A stretch of DNA of 64,000 nucleotides, from the NCBI GenBank assembly GCA_028709045.1, contig JAQVXR010000001.1, forward strand, positions 31,221 to 95,220, written 5' to 3'. Origin of the DNA: Desulfitobacteriaceae bacterium. Lineage in GTDB: Bacteria; Bacillota; Dehalobacteriia; Dehalobacteriales; Dehalobacteriaceae. Shown here piece after piece: positions 20,019 to 28,349 of this stretch (its first letter is position 1; each line of letters starts with the position of its first letter). Under the pieces are notes generated by a model. It was not told the DNA's origin. It made no database searches and saw nothing but the letters and a program-made list of their open reading frames with translations. The position numbers were made by a program, and so were the translations under genes.

Positions 20019-21550
20019 GCAATCCCCTCCTGGAGCGACTGGGTTCCCGTCATTAATAATCCCAAGGATTCTTTGGTAGTATTCTCAGGAAGTTTTTCCG
20101 CCATAGTTTTACCTTCGAAGAGAACGAGAATTCGGTCGGAGAGACTGAGTATTTCGTCTAGATCCTCGGAAATTAAAAGTATTCCTGTTCCCGCCATTTT
20201 TTGCTTTAATAAAAGGGAGCGGACTGCTTCGGTTGCCCCAATATCCAATCCTCTTACCGGGTAAACGGCCACAATCAAACGGGGGTCGGTAGATATCTCC
20301 CGGGCAAGTAGCAGTTTTTGCAGATTGCCTCCCGACATTAGTTTGACAGGGGCATCAATAGTTGTGGTTCTTACGTCAAATTGTTCAATTATTTCTTTTG
20401 CTTTAGTACGTAAAGGCTTATAATTTATCAACCAACCTTCTTGGCGACGATATTGTTTTAAGATAATATTGTCAACTGTGCTGAGGTTTGGCACTAAGCC
20501 CATACCTAAACGATCTTCCGGAACATGGGAAATACCTGCCTCAATAAATTTTTCCGGTGAGGCAGCGGTAAAGTCTTTGTCATTAATTAGTATTTTACCA
20601 TGGGTAGTAGGTCGTAAACCGGTTATCACTTCAACCAGTTCTCTTTGTCCGTTGCCCGCTACTCCGGCAACACCTAAAATTTCCCCCGCGTTAATATGAA
20701 GTGTTATATCCTTTAAACCGGGTAACCCTTTGTCATTTAATGCCCGGATATTTTCCAGCTTAATAATGGTGTTTCCTGAAACAGAAAACCGCCTGTTTTT
20801 ATTAAAGGAAATATCATGTCCAACCATCATGTGAGCAAGTTTTTCTCGGGTTGTTTTTGCTTTTTCCAGGGTTGCTACGGACTTACCGCCCCGCAATACC
20901 GTTACCCGGTCGGCAGCATCCATTACTTCCTGCATTTTATGGGTAATTACGATAACAGATTTACCGGCATCAGCCATGCGCCGCAAGGTAGCAAAAAGAT
21001 CTTTGGATTCCTGTGGTGTTAAAACTGCAGTGGGCTCGTCTAAAATTAAAATATCCGATCCTCGATAAAGGATTTTAATAATTTCAACACGCTGCTGTTC
21101 TCCTACAGATAATTGCCAAACTTTTGCCTGGGGATCTACCGCTAGACCGTATTGTTCAGAAAGGGATTTAATTTTTTCATTGATTTTTTTCTTGTTCAAC
21201 CAAAAGGAAGTACTTTGAGAACCCAAAATAATGTTTTCTGCTACTGTTAGTGGCCGGACCAAACGAAAATGCTGGTGTACCATACCGATTCCGGCGAAGA
21301 TGGCATCTTTTGGAGATTTAAAATTAACCTTTTTTTCTTTAATAAAAATTTCACCGCTGTCAGGCTTGTACAGGCCGGTTAAAATACTCATCAAAGTGCT
21401 TTTACCGGCACCATTTTCTCCTAACAGGGCATGAATTTCCCCTGCCTGCACTTCTATATTGATATCAGTATTTGCGGCAACCCCGGGAAAATGTTTGGTG
21501 ATTTTGTTCATTTTAACGATCACAGGGTGTATCATTGTTTCATCCCCCAA
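20015..21550 (-). CDS. ABC transporter ATP-binding protein with two cassettes
   Basis: Walker A GENGAGKST, LSVGEQQR signature, second signature MSGGNLQK; 511 aa. Confidence 0.9.
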   Translation of the reverse strand: MGDETMIHPVIVKMNKITKHFPGVAANTDINIEVQAGEIHALLGENGAGKSTLMSILTGLYKPDSGEIFIKEKKVNFKSPKDAIFAGIGMVHQHFRLVRPLTVAENIILGSQSTSFWLNKKKINEKIKSLSEQYGLAVDPQAKVWQLSVGEQQRVEIIKILYRGSDILILDEPTAVLTPQESKDLFATLRRMADAGKSVIVITHKMQEVMDAADRVTVLRGGKSVATLEKAKTTREKLAHMMVGHDISFNKNRRFSVSGNTIIKLENIRALNDKGLPGLKDITLHINAGEILGVAGVAGNGQRELVEVITGLRPTTHGKILINDKDFTAASPEKFIEAGISHVPEDRLGMGLVPNLSTVDNIILKQYRRQEGWLINYKPLRTKAKEIIEQFDVRTTTIDAPVKLMSGGNLQKLLLAREISTDPRLIVAVYPVRGLDIGATEAVRSLLLKQKMAGTGILLISEDLDEILSLSDRILVLFEGKTMAEKLPENTTKESLGLLMTGTQSLQEGIA

Positions 21551-21619
21551 AATAATAATCTTTGGCTACCGGGAAAACCGGCAGCCAAAGATTCACTGCT
21601 TTTTTAGTTCTGAAAATAA

Positions 21620-22735
21620 TTATTCGACCGAACCTTCAACGCCTTCCACAAACCAATCAAGATTAAGTTTCTCTTCGTCACTTAAGCTTTGCCCTTCAGG
21701 TACTTTTGCTGTCCCATCTTGAGCTTTGATCGGGCCATCGAAAACATCCCATTCACCGCTGTCAATCAGAGCTTTTTTCTCTTCAACCAACTGTTTTACA
21801 TCTTCAGGTACAAAGGAAGCGAAAGGAGCAAGGTCAACAGCCCCATCGGCCATGGAATACCATTTTTGTTCCGATTTCCATGTGCCATCCATTACAGCCT
21901 GGACGGTTTCCACATAATAGGAGCCCCAATCCCACACAGGACCTGTCAGAACAGCATTGGGCGCAAATTGAGACATATCACTGTTATAACTGATGCCGTA
22001 AACTCCAGCCTCTTCTGCAGCTTGCTGCGGTCCAGGGGTGTCCTGATGTTGAGCAATTATATCAGCACCGGCTTCCACAAGGCTTTTTCCAGCATCCTTT
22101 TCTTTTGCCGGATCGTACCAGGTATTGGTCCATACCACTTTCACGGTTGCTTCAGGGTTGACAGAACGTACACCTAAGGTAAAGGCATTAATCCCCCGGA
22201 CAACTTCCGGAATGGGAAGAGCAGCCACGTAACCGATGGTATTGGTCTCAGTCATTTTTCCGGCAATAATTCCGGAAAGATATCGCGGTTGATATATCCG
22301 ACCAAAATATGTACCCACGTTATCGGCGGTTTTAAAACCGGAACAGTGGAGGAAGGTAACTTCCGGATTCTGTTCCGCTACTTTGATAACACTGTCCATG
22401 TAACCGTAGCTTGTGGCAAAAATAACTTTACAGCCTTCACTTACCATTTGGTTCAGCACTCGCTCGGCATCAGTGGGGTTTTCGTTAACGGATTCGGCCT
22501 TTACTAACTCCACATTGCCAATTTCATTTTTCATATACTCTGCACCTAAATCATGAGCGTAGGTCCAGCCGGCATCACCGATGGGACCCACATAAATAAA
22601 TCCGACTTTCAAAGGTTCTTCTTGGGAATTGTCTGCCGGGGTTTGAGGCTCACCATCCTGTTGCCCACACCCTACAGCAAGTGCTGCAACCAGCATCAGG
22701 GCCAGCAGAAGCAGCAATGCTTTTTTCGTTTTCAT
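21620..22735 (-). CDS. BMP-family (PnrA/Med-like) substrate-binding lipoprotein
   Basis: Signal peptide with lipobox LAVGC; BMP-family body; first gene of the transporter operon. Confidence 0.88.
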   Translation of the reverse strand: MKTKKALLLLLALMLVAALAVGCGQQDGEPQTPADNSQEEPLKVGFIYVGPIGDAGWTYAHDLGAEYMKNEIGNVELVKAESVNENPTDAERVLNQMVSEGCKVIFATSYGYMDSVIKVAEQNPEVTFLHCSGFKTADNVGTYFGRIYQPRYLSGIIAGKMTETNTIGYVAALPIPEVVRGINAFTLGVRSVNPEATVKVVWTNTWYDPAKEKDAGKSLVEAGADIIAQHQDTPGPQQAAEEAGVYGISYNSDMSQFAPNAVLTGPVWDWGSYYVETVQAVMDGTWKSEQKWYSMADGAVDLAPFASFVPEDVKQLVEEKKALIDSGEWDVFDGPIKAQDGTAKVPEGQSLSDEEKLNLDWFVEGVEGSVE

Positions 22736-22949
22736 CAGAAAATAAACCCTCCTAAAATAAATTTATTCTCTCTATATCTCATCTATCTGGAAAATACTTT
22801 TTTAAAATCGAACTTATGAGATATGAGAACGATTTGTTTACAAAACTAATTCCATGCGATTAGAAAAAATCCTGCCGTTTATTCGAAGAAATACGAAAGT
22901 TTTTTTAAAGAAGAGAGCTAATGTTCGGCAAATTATTCAAATAGTTTCA

Positions 22950-23603
22950 TCAAATATTATTAATGATAAATTGGTGATAAAAACTTGCACTGGATTGATG
23001 GGCAAGAGGCAGGAGAAAGGAAAGGGCTTGAGGGAAGTTTTTTTCCCGGCTTTTTTCTGAAACGAGGGGATAATATTTTTGCGATTTGAGAGCATTGATT
23101 ACCAGCCAGCCGGTAGGAGGCAGTTTAACAGGTTTTGAAGAGTAATTGCAGCGGACATATTTTTCCCGGTTTACATATGCCCAGTTTTCAAAAGTCTGGT
23201 GACCGTCAAATAAAACCCCGTTGGAATGGTGGGGAACACACATGTCTTGGATCAGGTGCCCGGCTGCGCCCAGGTAAAAGGCGGCTTTCTGATATTTTTT
23301 CAGGAGGGCAAACTTTTGTGCTTTTGCTACATGATGACTGTATCCTTTAAGAGCATGGGGAAAATACCATTTTCCTTTCTTGGTTTGGGGATTATAAAAA
23401 TGGGTGGCGTTTTTGAAAGAACTGTCTGCCCATGAGGATCCTGTGTCAAGATCAGTCAAGTATGTATCAAGAAAATCGACACAGACATGTTCCCGGAGGC
23501 TTCTGAGAATGATCACGGCCTGCTGATTACAGAAGTGGTGGGTCGCTGCAGGATTTGGAGCGCTATTATCAAAAAAACTTGTGAGAAGCAAATTAACACC
23601 CAT
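22950..23603 (-). CDS. Zinc-dependent phospholipase C-like family protein
   Basis: His-rich metal-site pattern (HF, FYNP, GHLIQDMCVPHHS) resembles the Zn_dep_PLPC fold. No signal peptide seen. Confidence 0.65.
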   Translation of the reverse strand: MGVNLLLTSFFDNSAPNPAATHHFCNQQAVIILRSLREHVCVDFLDTYLTDLDTGSSWADSSFKNATHFYNPQTKKGKWYFPHALKGYSHHVAKAQKFALLKKYQKAAFYLGAAGHLIQDMCVPHHSNGVLFDGHQTFENWAYVNREKYVRCNYSSKPVKLPPTGWLVINALKSQKYYPLVSEKSREKNFPQALSFLLPLAHQSSASFYHQFIINNI

Positions 23604-23862
23604 ACTTGACCTTTTCCTGTTTCCCTTTTATATTAGGGTTGTATTTATCTAATTGGAAATTATGGAAAAAACGTAGTGCAGTATGTGCTGTCTTCAATAT
23701 GTTAAAAAATACTATTTCTTAAGAAATAGGTATTTAAGTTGGTACCGGAACGTAGCAAGATTGTAAAAGAGTGCAGGGACTAAAAGAATAGGATTGGCAC
23801 TTGTTTGAGCTTTGACGAGTTTGTACCAATCCCTTTAGAACTTAGACAATGCCTAGTTTTGT

Positions 23863-24033
23863 TTAATAACCTTCATCTGATGAGTCTACTTCATTACACA
23901 AGTTATCGCTGCACGAGTAACCGCAAATTGGACAAGTAGATGCAACCTTGGGTTCTGCTTCAAACATGTTTCCGCACCGGGCACATTTGTATGAGCGAAC
24001 CGCGTTATCCGGCATCCCAAAATTTTTGTTCAT
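23863..24033 (-). CDS. Small zinc-ribbon protein (56 aa), absent from the ORF track
   Basis: My translation: MNKNFGMPDNAVRSYKCARCGNMFEAEPKVASTCPICGYSCSDNLCNEVDSSDEGY. AGGAGG lies 7 nt before the ATG. CxxC...CxxC. Terminator-like hairpin ggattgg.ac/gt.ccaatcc downstream. Confidence 0.65.
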   Translation of the reverse strand: MNKNFGMPDNAVRSYKCARCGNMFEAEPKVASTCPICGYSCSDNLCNEVDSSDEGY

Positions 24034-24204
24034 GGTTTTACCTCCTGTGCTTATATAAAAATAATGTTATAGTGTTGTTTATCAAAATAAATGTAAATAA
24101 TATAATTGGACTGAATTAGTTTTCCGTAAATCGAGTTAACTTATGCAAACAATAACTCTGTTTAAATTTTCATTGGAATAATCTTTATTTCAAGGAGGTA
24201 TACG

Positions 24205-25299
24205 TTGGAAAAAGTAATAAAAGATATTATTCAAAAAAAAGGACCTATGACATTTGCCGGTTTTATGCATCTTGCTTTATATTATCCGAAGTGGGGTTAT
24301 TATACTTCTAACCAAGATATTATTGGCAGGGAAGGCGATTTTTTTACTAGTGCACACGTTAACCCGGTATTTGGTGAAACACTGGCGGAACAGTTGTCTC
24401 AAATGGCCGATATTTTGGGTGAACCGGAATTTAAAATTGTGGAGTTTGGTGCCGGGCGGGGTTTTTTAGCGTTGGATATTTTAAACGGCCTAAAGAAAAA
24501 ACATCCAAGGGTTTTTGAGGGAACACGCTATTATATTGTAGAAGTGGGACCCGGGTTAAAACAAAGGCAGCGGGAATTGCTGGAAGAAGAAGTGGACTTC
24601 CGCGGGAAAATAAAATGGCTGGACAATTTGAAAGAAATAGATAAACCCATTTGCGGCTGTGTACTAAGCAATGAATTGGTAGATGCTTTTCCGGTACATA
24701 TTGTCAAGCAGGTTGGCGCGGAACTTAAAGAGGTATATGTAGATATAAAAGACAATGGATTTTGTGAGATTTTAGATGAGCTGTCCACGCCGTTGCTTAA
24801 AGAATACTTTAGTCGATTAAATATAAAACTGCAGGATGGGCAGCGGGCGGAAGTAAATTTGGCGGCGCTTGACTGGCTTAAGGAAGTGGCAGGGAGCCTT
24901 GACCGGGGATTTCTCCTTACTATTGACTATGGTTATGAGGCTCCCCTCTTATATCATCCTGTCCGCCATGACGGAACGATCATGTGTTATTATCGGCACA
25001 GGGCTTCTGATAATCCTTATATAAATGTGGGGCGGCAGGATATCACGGCTCATGTTAACTTTACCGCCCTAAAAATCTGGGGAGAAGATGCCGGTCTTAT
25101 TACTACCGGGTTTACCAATCAGATGCACTTTTTGTTTAATCTGGGGATTATCCGGGAGGCTCAGGGAGATGGTAAAAAGGCTTTGGCTGTTCAGCAGTTG
25201 GTAAGTCCGGAAGGAATGGGAGGTATTTTTAAAGTCTTGGTTCAGCATAAGGGAATTAAGGATCCCCATTTAAAAGGACTTGTGGATCATATGAGTTAG
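24205..25299 (+). CDS. SAM-dependent methyltransferase, MidA/NDUFAF7 (DUF185) family
   Basis: VEFGAGRGFLA SAM motif and SNELVDAFPVH; TTG start behind AAGGAGG. Confidence 0.8.
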   Translation: MEKVIKDIIQKKGPMTFAGFMHLALYYPKWGYYTSNQDIIGREGDFFTSAHVNPVFGETLAEQLSQMADILGEPEFKIVEFGAGRGFLALDILNGLKKKHPRVFEGTRYYIVEVGPGLKQRQRELLEEEVDFRGKIKWLDNLKEIDKPICGCVLSNELVDAFPVHIVKQVGAELKEVYVDIKDNGFCEILDELSTPLLKEYFSRLNIKLQDGQRAEVNLAALDWLKEVAGSLDRGFLLTIDYGYEAPLLYHPVRHDGTIMCYYRHRASDNPYINVGRQDITAHVNFTALKIWGEDAGLITTGFTNQMHFLFNLGIIREAQGDGKKALAVQQLVSPEGMGGIFKVLVQHKGIKDPHLKGLVDHMS

Positions 25300-25432
25300 T
25301 TGTTGAGATAAACAAATAGACTGATCGGAAAACCAAATATTTAGCAATAAACTCGCAAAAAAAATTTATCGAAAAAAAGAGGAATTTCCTATTTAATAAA
25401 GAATCCTTAAAAATTCTAAAAACAAATAGCAG

Positions 25433-25605
25433 TACGGATGAAGGTAATAGGAGAAGACTTTGGTCGCCGAAGGGGCAAGAAAATACTCTGCCGGGTATTT
25501 TTGAATCTCTCAGGTTTATGACTGTTACCGGACGAACCTCTGGAGAGACTTGGTTGGTTCCAGGCGCCGAAGGATTTATTCTCTCAGGCAAAAGGACAGG
25601 GGAAG
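25433..25605 (+). promoter_or_regulatory. Tandem glycine riboswitch
   Basis: Aptamer 1: ggagaagac..gtcgccgaaggggcaa..aatctctcagg. Aptamer 2: ctctggagagac..caggcgccgaagga..ctctcaggcaaaaggacag. Matches conserved glycine-riboswitch cores and lies upstream of an alanine/glycine symporter. Confidence 0.85.
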
Positions 25606-25645
25606 GCACGCCGGTTGTAAGACCGGATGTTTTCATTTGTTTAGA

Positions 25646-25677
25646 AACCAAGTTCAACTATCTGAGCTTGGTTTTTT
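25646..25677 (+). terminator. Terminator-like hairpin, probable riboswitch expression platform
   Basis: aaccaag (25646-52) pairs with cttggtt (25667-73), followed by a T-run. Confidence 0.6.
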
Positions 25678-25680
25678 GTA

Positions 25681-25803
25681 TTGTCACTATAAGTGCAACG
25701 AGGGTTTCCCCTAAAGGACTGGAATTTCTACGCATTGTAAAAAAGCACAATGCTAGAAATTCTGACGCGCCTGCGTGGAATTCGGTGCAAACCAAGTTTT
25801 CTT
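25681..25803 (+). repeat. Intergenic repeat family, copy B (5'-truncated long form, degenerate 3' hairpin)
   Basis: ttgtcactataagtgcaacgagggtttc + 61-nt insert (25709-25769) with the best-preserved hairpin + cctgcgtggaattcggtgcaaaccaagtttt. Confidence 0.65.
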
Positions 25804-25905
25804 TAGCTTATCAAGGCCGGGGCTGTGCATTTGAAGGAGGGGTTTTCGGAATACTGATCTTTCCGTTTGATGAACCTAATCAAAAATTAACAGGAGGAAT
25901 GACAT

Positions 25906-27255
25906 GTGACCTTTATTGAATTAGTAACAAAAATAGATGATATTGTTTGGGGAGTTCCTTTGTTGGTGCTGTTGGTAGGAACAGGATTATTCTTAACCCT
26001 CAGATTACGGTTTTTATCTTTTCGCAAGCTTCCCCTTGCGTTAAAAATGGTCTTTACCCGTTCAGAAAGCAAGGATGGAGCAGGGGACATTACTCATTTT
26101 CAGGCTTTGATGACTGCTCTTGCCGCAACTATTGGTACAGGTAATATTGTTGGAGTGGCCACCGCAGTTTTTGCCGGCGGACCTGGTGCTGTATTTTGGA
26201 TGTGGGTAACTGCACTGGTCGGGATGGCTACCAAATATGGAGAAGCTGTACTAGCCGTAAAGTATCGAATTGTTGATGATAAAGGGGAAATGGCAGGCGG
26301 CCCCATGTATTATTTGGAGCGGGGCTTAAAGATGAAGTGGCTCGGTGTTTTGTTTGCTGTTTTCGGTGCGATCGCCGCTTTTGGGATTGGCAATATGGTA
26401 CAGTCCAATTCAGTAGCCGGGGCACTTAATGATACATTTAATTTGCCATTGCCTGCAGCCGGGATCATTCTTGCTGTCTGTGTCGGGGTGGTAACTTTAG
26501 GCGGGATCAAAAGCATCGGCCGGGTTTCCGAATGGGTGGTGCCGATAATGGCCGTTATATATGTAATTGGCGCTTTAGTTATTCTGCTGATTAATATAAA
26601 AGCAATTCCGGCGGCAATTGTTTTAATCGTTGAGTCTGCTTTTACCGGACATGCTGCTTTAGGCGGATTTCTTGGTGCTACAATGAAGAAGGCTATTCAA
26701 ATGGGTGTTGCACGGGGGGTTTTTTCCAATGAATCCGGTCTGGGTAGTGCGCCTATTGCTGCGGCAGCAGCGAAAACTGATTACCCGGTGAGGCAGGCAC
26801 TGGTCTCCATGACCGGAACATTCTTAGATACAATTATTGTTTGTTCCATGACCGGTTTAGTGCTTGTGATTACAGGAGCTTGGGCTTCCGGAAAAGAGGG
26901 CGTAGAAATGACCAGACTGGCCTTTGGCTCCGGGCTGCCAGGTAATTGGGGAGGTTTTATTGTTTCTTTCGGAATAATATTCTTTGCCTATTCAACTATT
27001 TTGGGCTGGAGTTACTACGGAGAAAAGTGCATGGAATATCTTTTTGGCTTAAAATTAATTTTACCTTATCGAATTCTTTTTGTTATTATTGTATTTATCG
27101 GCAGTACCATGAAGCTGGATCTGGTTTGGAAAATTGCCGACATTATGAATGGGCTGATGGCAGTTCCCAACTTAATCGGGCTGCTAGGTTTAAGCGGAGT
27201 CATTGTGGCGGAAACCAAATTGTTTTTTGATAAGATTTCCCAAGAAAATAATTAG
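25906..27255 (+). CDS. Alanine/glycine:cation symporter (AGCS family)
   Basis: AGCS-like N-terminus ([19 protein letters not shown]), GAVFWMW; GTG start 8 nt after AGGAGG. Confidence 0.88.
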   Translation: MTFIELVTKIDDIVWGVPLLVLLVGTGLFLTLRLRFLSFRKLPLALKMVFTRSESKDGAGDITHFQALMTALAATIGTGNIVGVATAVFAGGPGAVFWMWVTALVGMATKYGEAVLAVKYRIVDDKGEMAGGPMYYLERGLKMKWLGVLFAVFGAIAAFGIGNMVQSNSVAGALNDTFNLPLPAAGIILAVCVGVVTLGGIKSIGRVSEWVVPIMAVIYVIGALVILLINIKAIPAAIVLIVESAFTGHAALGGFLGATMKKAIQMGVARGVFSNESGLGSAPIAAAAAKTDYPVRQALVSMTGTFLDTIIVCSMTGLVLVITGAWASGKEGVEMTRLAFGSGLPGNWGGFIVSFGIIFFAYSTILGWSYYGEKCMEYLFGLKLILPYRILFVIIVFIGSTMKLDLVWKIADIMNGLMAVPNLIGLLGLSGVIVAETKLFFDKISQENN

Positions 27256-27275
27256 AGAATTTAAAAAACATAAAT

Positions 27276-27314
27276 GGAAATACCCGCTGATTAAGATGGC
27301 GGGTATTTCCATTT
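27276..27314 (+). terminator. Intrinsic terminator after the symporter gene
   Basis: 12-bp stem ggaaatacccgc/gcgggtatttcc followed by attt. Confidence 0.65.
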
Positions 27315-27380
27315 AGAAAAATGAAATAATCAAAAAGGTTATTGGCATAATAAAAGTGTCAAAAAGAGGGGGGATACAAA

Positions 27381-28307
27381 ATTAAAAAAAGTATAATTTT
27401 AATGGTTGTGTTTATTGGTATCTTTTTCAGCGCACCTATTTGGGCCTATGAATGCAGTGATTTTGTTTCCTGTCCTGTACTAAAAGCCGGTGACCCTGCT
27501 CCAACAGGTCAATTTATTGCCGACCTTCAGAAATTACTGAAAACGGCAGGCTATTACCACGAAAAGATCAATGGTAAGTATGACCAAGTAACCGCACAGT
27601 CTGTAAAGGATTTTCAAAAAGATTTTAACTTAAGTGCAGATGGGGTAGTAGGTGTAAAAACATGGGATGCATTGGCTGATTTATATGAAGAGCCTGTGAT
27701 GACCAATACCTTGAAAGAAGGGCCAAAAGGAAAGATTTCCATATTGGTCGATGTCAATAAACTTCAGTTACATGTGCTGGATGACGGGAAGGTCTTTAAA
27801 ACATATCCGATTGCCATCGGAACGTCTAAGACTCCCAGTCCTGTGGGCGAATATAAAATCATTAATAAGGCAGTGAACTGGGGAACGGGATTTGGTACGA
27901 GATGGATGGGGTTAAACGTTCCTTGGGGAATTTACGGGATTCATGGTACCAACAAACCGGGTTCAATTGGCAGAGCCGCTTCGCACGGGTGTTTTCGCAT
28001 GTTTAATCAGCATGTTGAGGAAATATTTCCCTGGATACCAATTGGGACAAGGGTGCGTGTAATTGGTTACACACCAAAGTTTCATAGTTTCACGAGACCA
28101 TTAAAATTAAAGAGCTCAGGCCAAGATGTGGTTATGTTGCAGTATCGGTTACAGGAACTGGGTTTCAGCAGCGATCCTGCGGATGGACGTTACGGGGGGA
28201 TGACCGAACTGGCGGTAAAAATTTTTGAAGCTTACCACATGTTGCCGGTAGATGGTACTGCCGACATGGAAATGTTAAAAAGGTTGGAAGAATATCAAAA
28301 AAAATAG
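27381..28307 (+). CDS. L,D-transpeptidase (YkuD) flanked by peptidoglycan-binding domains
   Basis: Catalytic SHGCFRM; PG_binding_1-like segments at both ends. Track start is ATG 27402. In-frame ATT 27381 sits 7 nt after GAGGGGGG and would restore a KK n-region (start uncertain). Confidence 0.8.
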   Translation: MKKSIILMVVFIGIFFSAPIWAYECSDFVSCPVLKAGDPAPTGQFIADLQKLLKTAGYYHEKINGKYDQVTAQSVKDFQKDFNLSADGVVGVKTWDALADLYEEPVMTNTLKEGPKGKISILVDVNKLQLHVLDDGKVFKTYPIAIGTSKTPSPVGEYKIINKAVNWGTGFGTRWMGLNVPWGIYGIHGTNKPGSIGRAASHGCFRMFNQHVEEIFPWIPIGTRVRVIGYTPKFHSFTRPLKLKSSGQDVVMLQYRLQELGFSSDPADGRYGGMTELAVKIFEAYHMLPVDGTADMEMLKRLEEYQKK

Positions 28308-28310
28308 GAT

Positions 28311-28341
28311 AATCCCAGGCATTGACCTGGGATTAGTTTTT
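28311..28341. terminator. Bidirectional terminator between convergent genes
   Basis: aatcccagg-cattga-cctgggatt followed by agttttt. Confidence 0.7.
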
Positions 28342-28349
28342 ATCCTTAT

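Noticed and set aside
22736-22950. Expected guanine/purine riboswitch upstream of the nucleoside transporter-xpt operon
   Set aside because: Reading the minus strand, I could not find the conserved aptamer elements (TATGG-type and CTACC-type loops with a P1 stem). Only a weak inverted repeat is present.
23877-23884. CTGATGAG, the hammerhead-ribozyme core box
   Set aside because: No downstream GAAA box or flanking helices. It lies antisense within the small zinc-ribbon CDS and is a chance occurrence.
25256-25919. Track ORFs 25256..25657 (-) and 25518..25919 (+), 133 aa each
   Set aside because: They span the glycine riboswitch, its terminator and repeat copy B. They have no RBS and low-complexity, unprotein-like translations.
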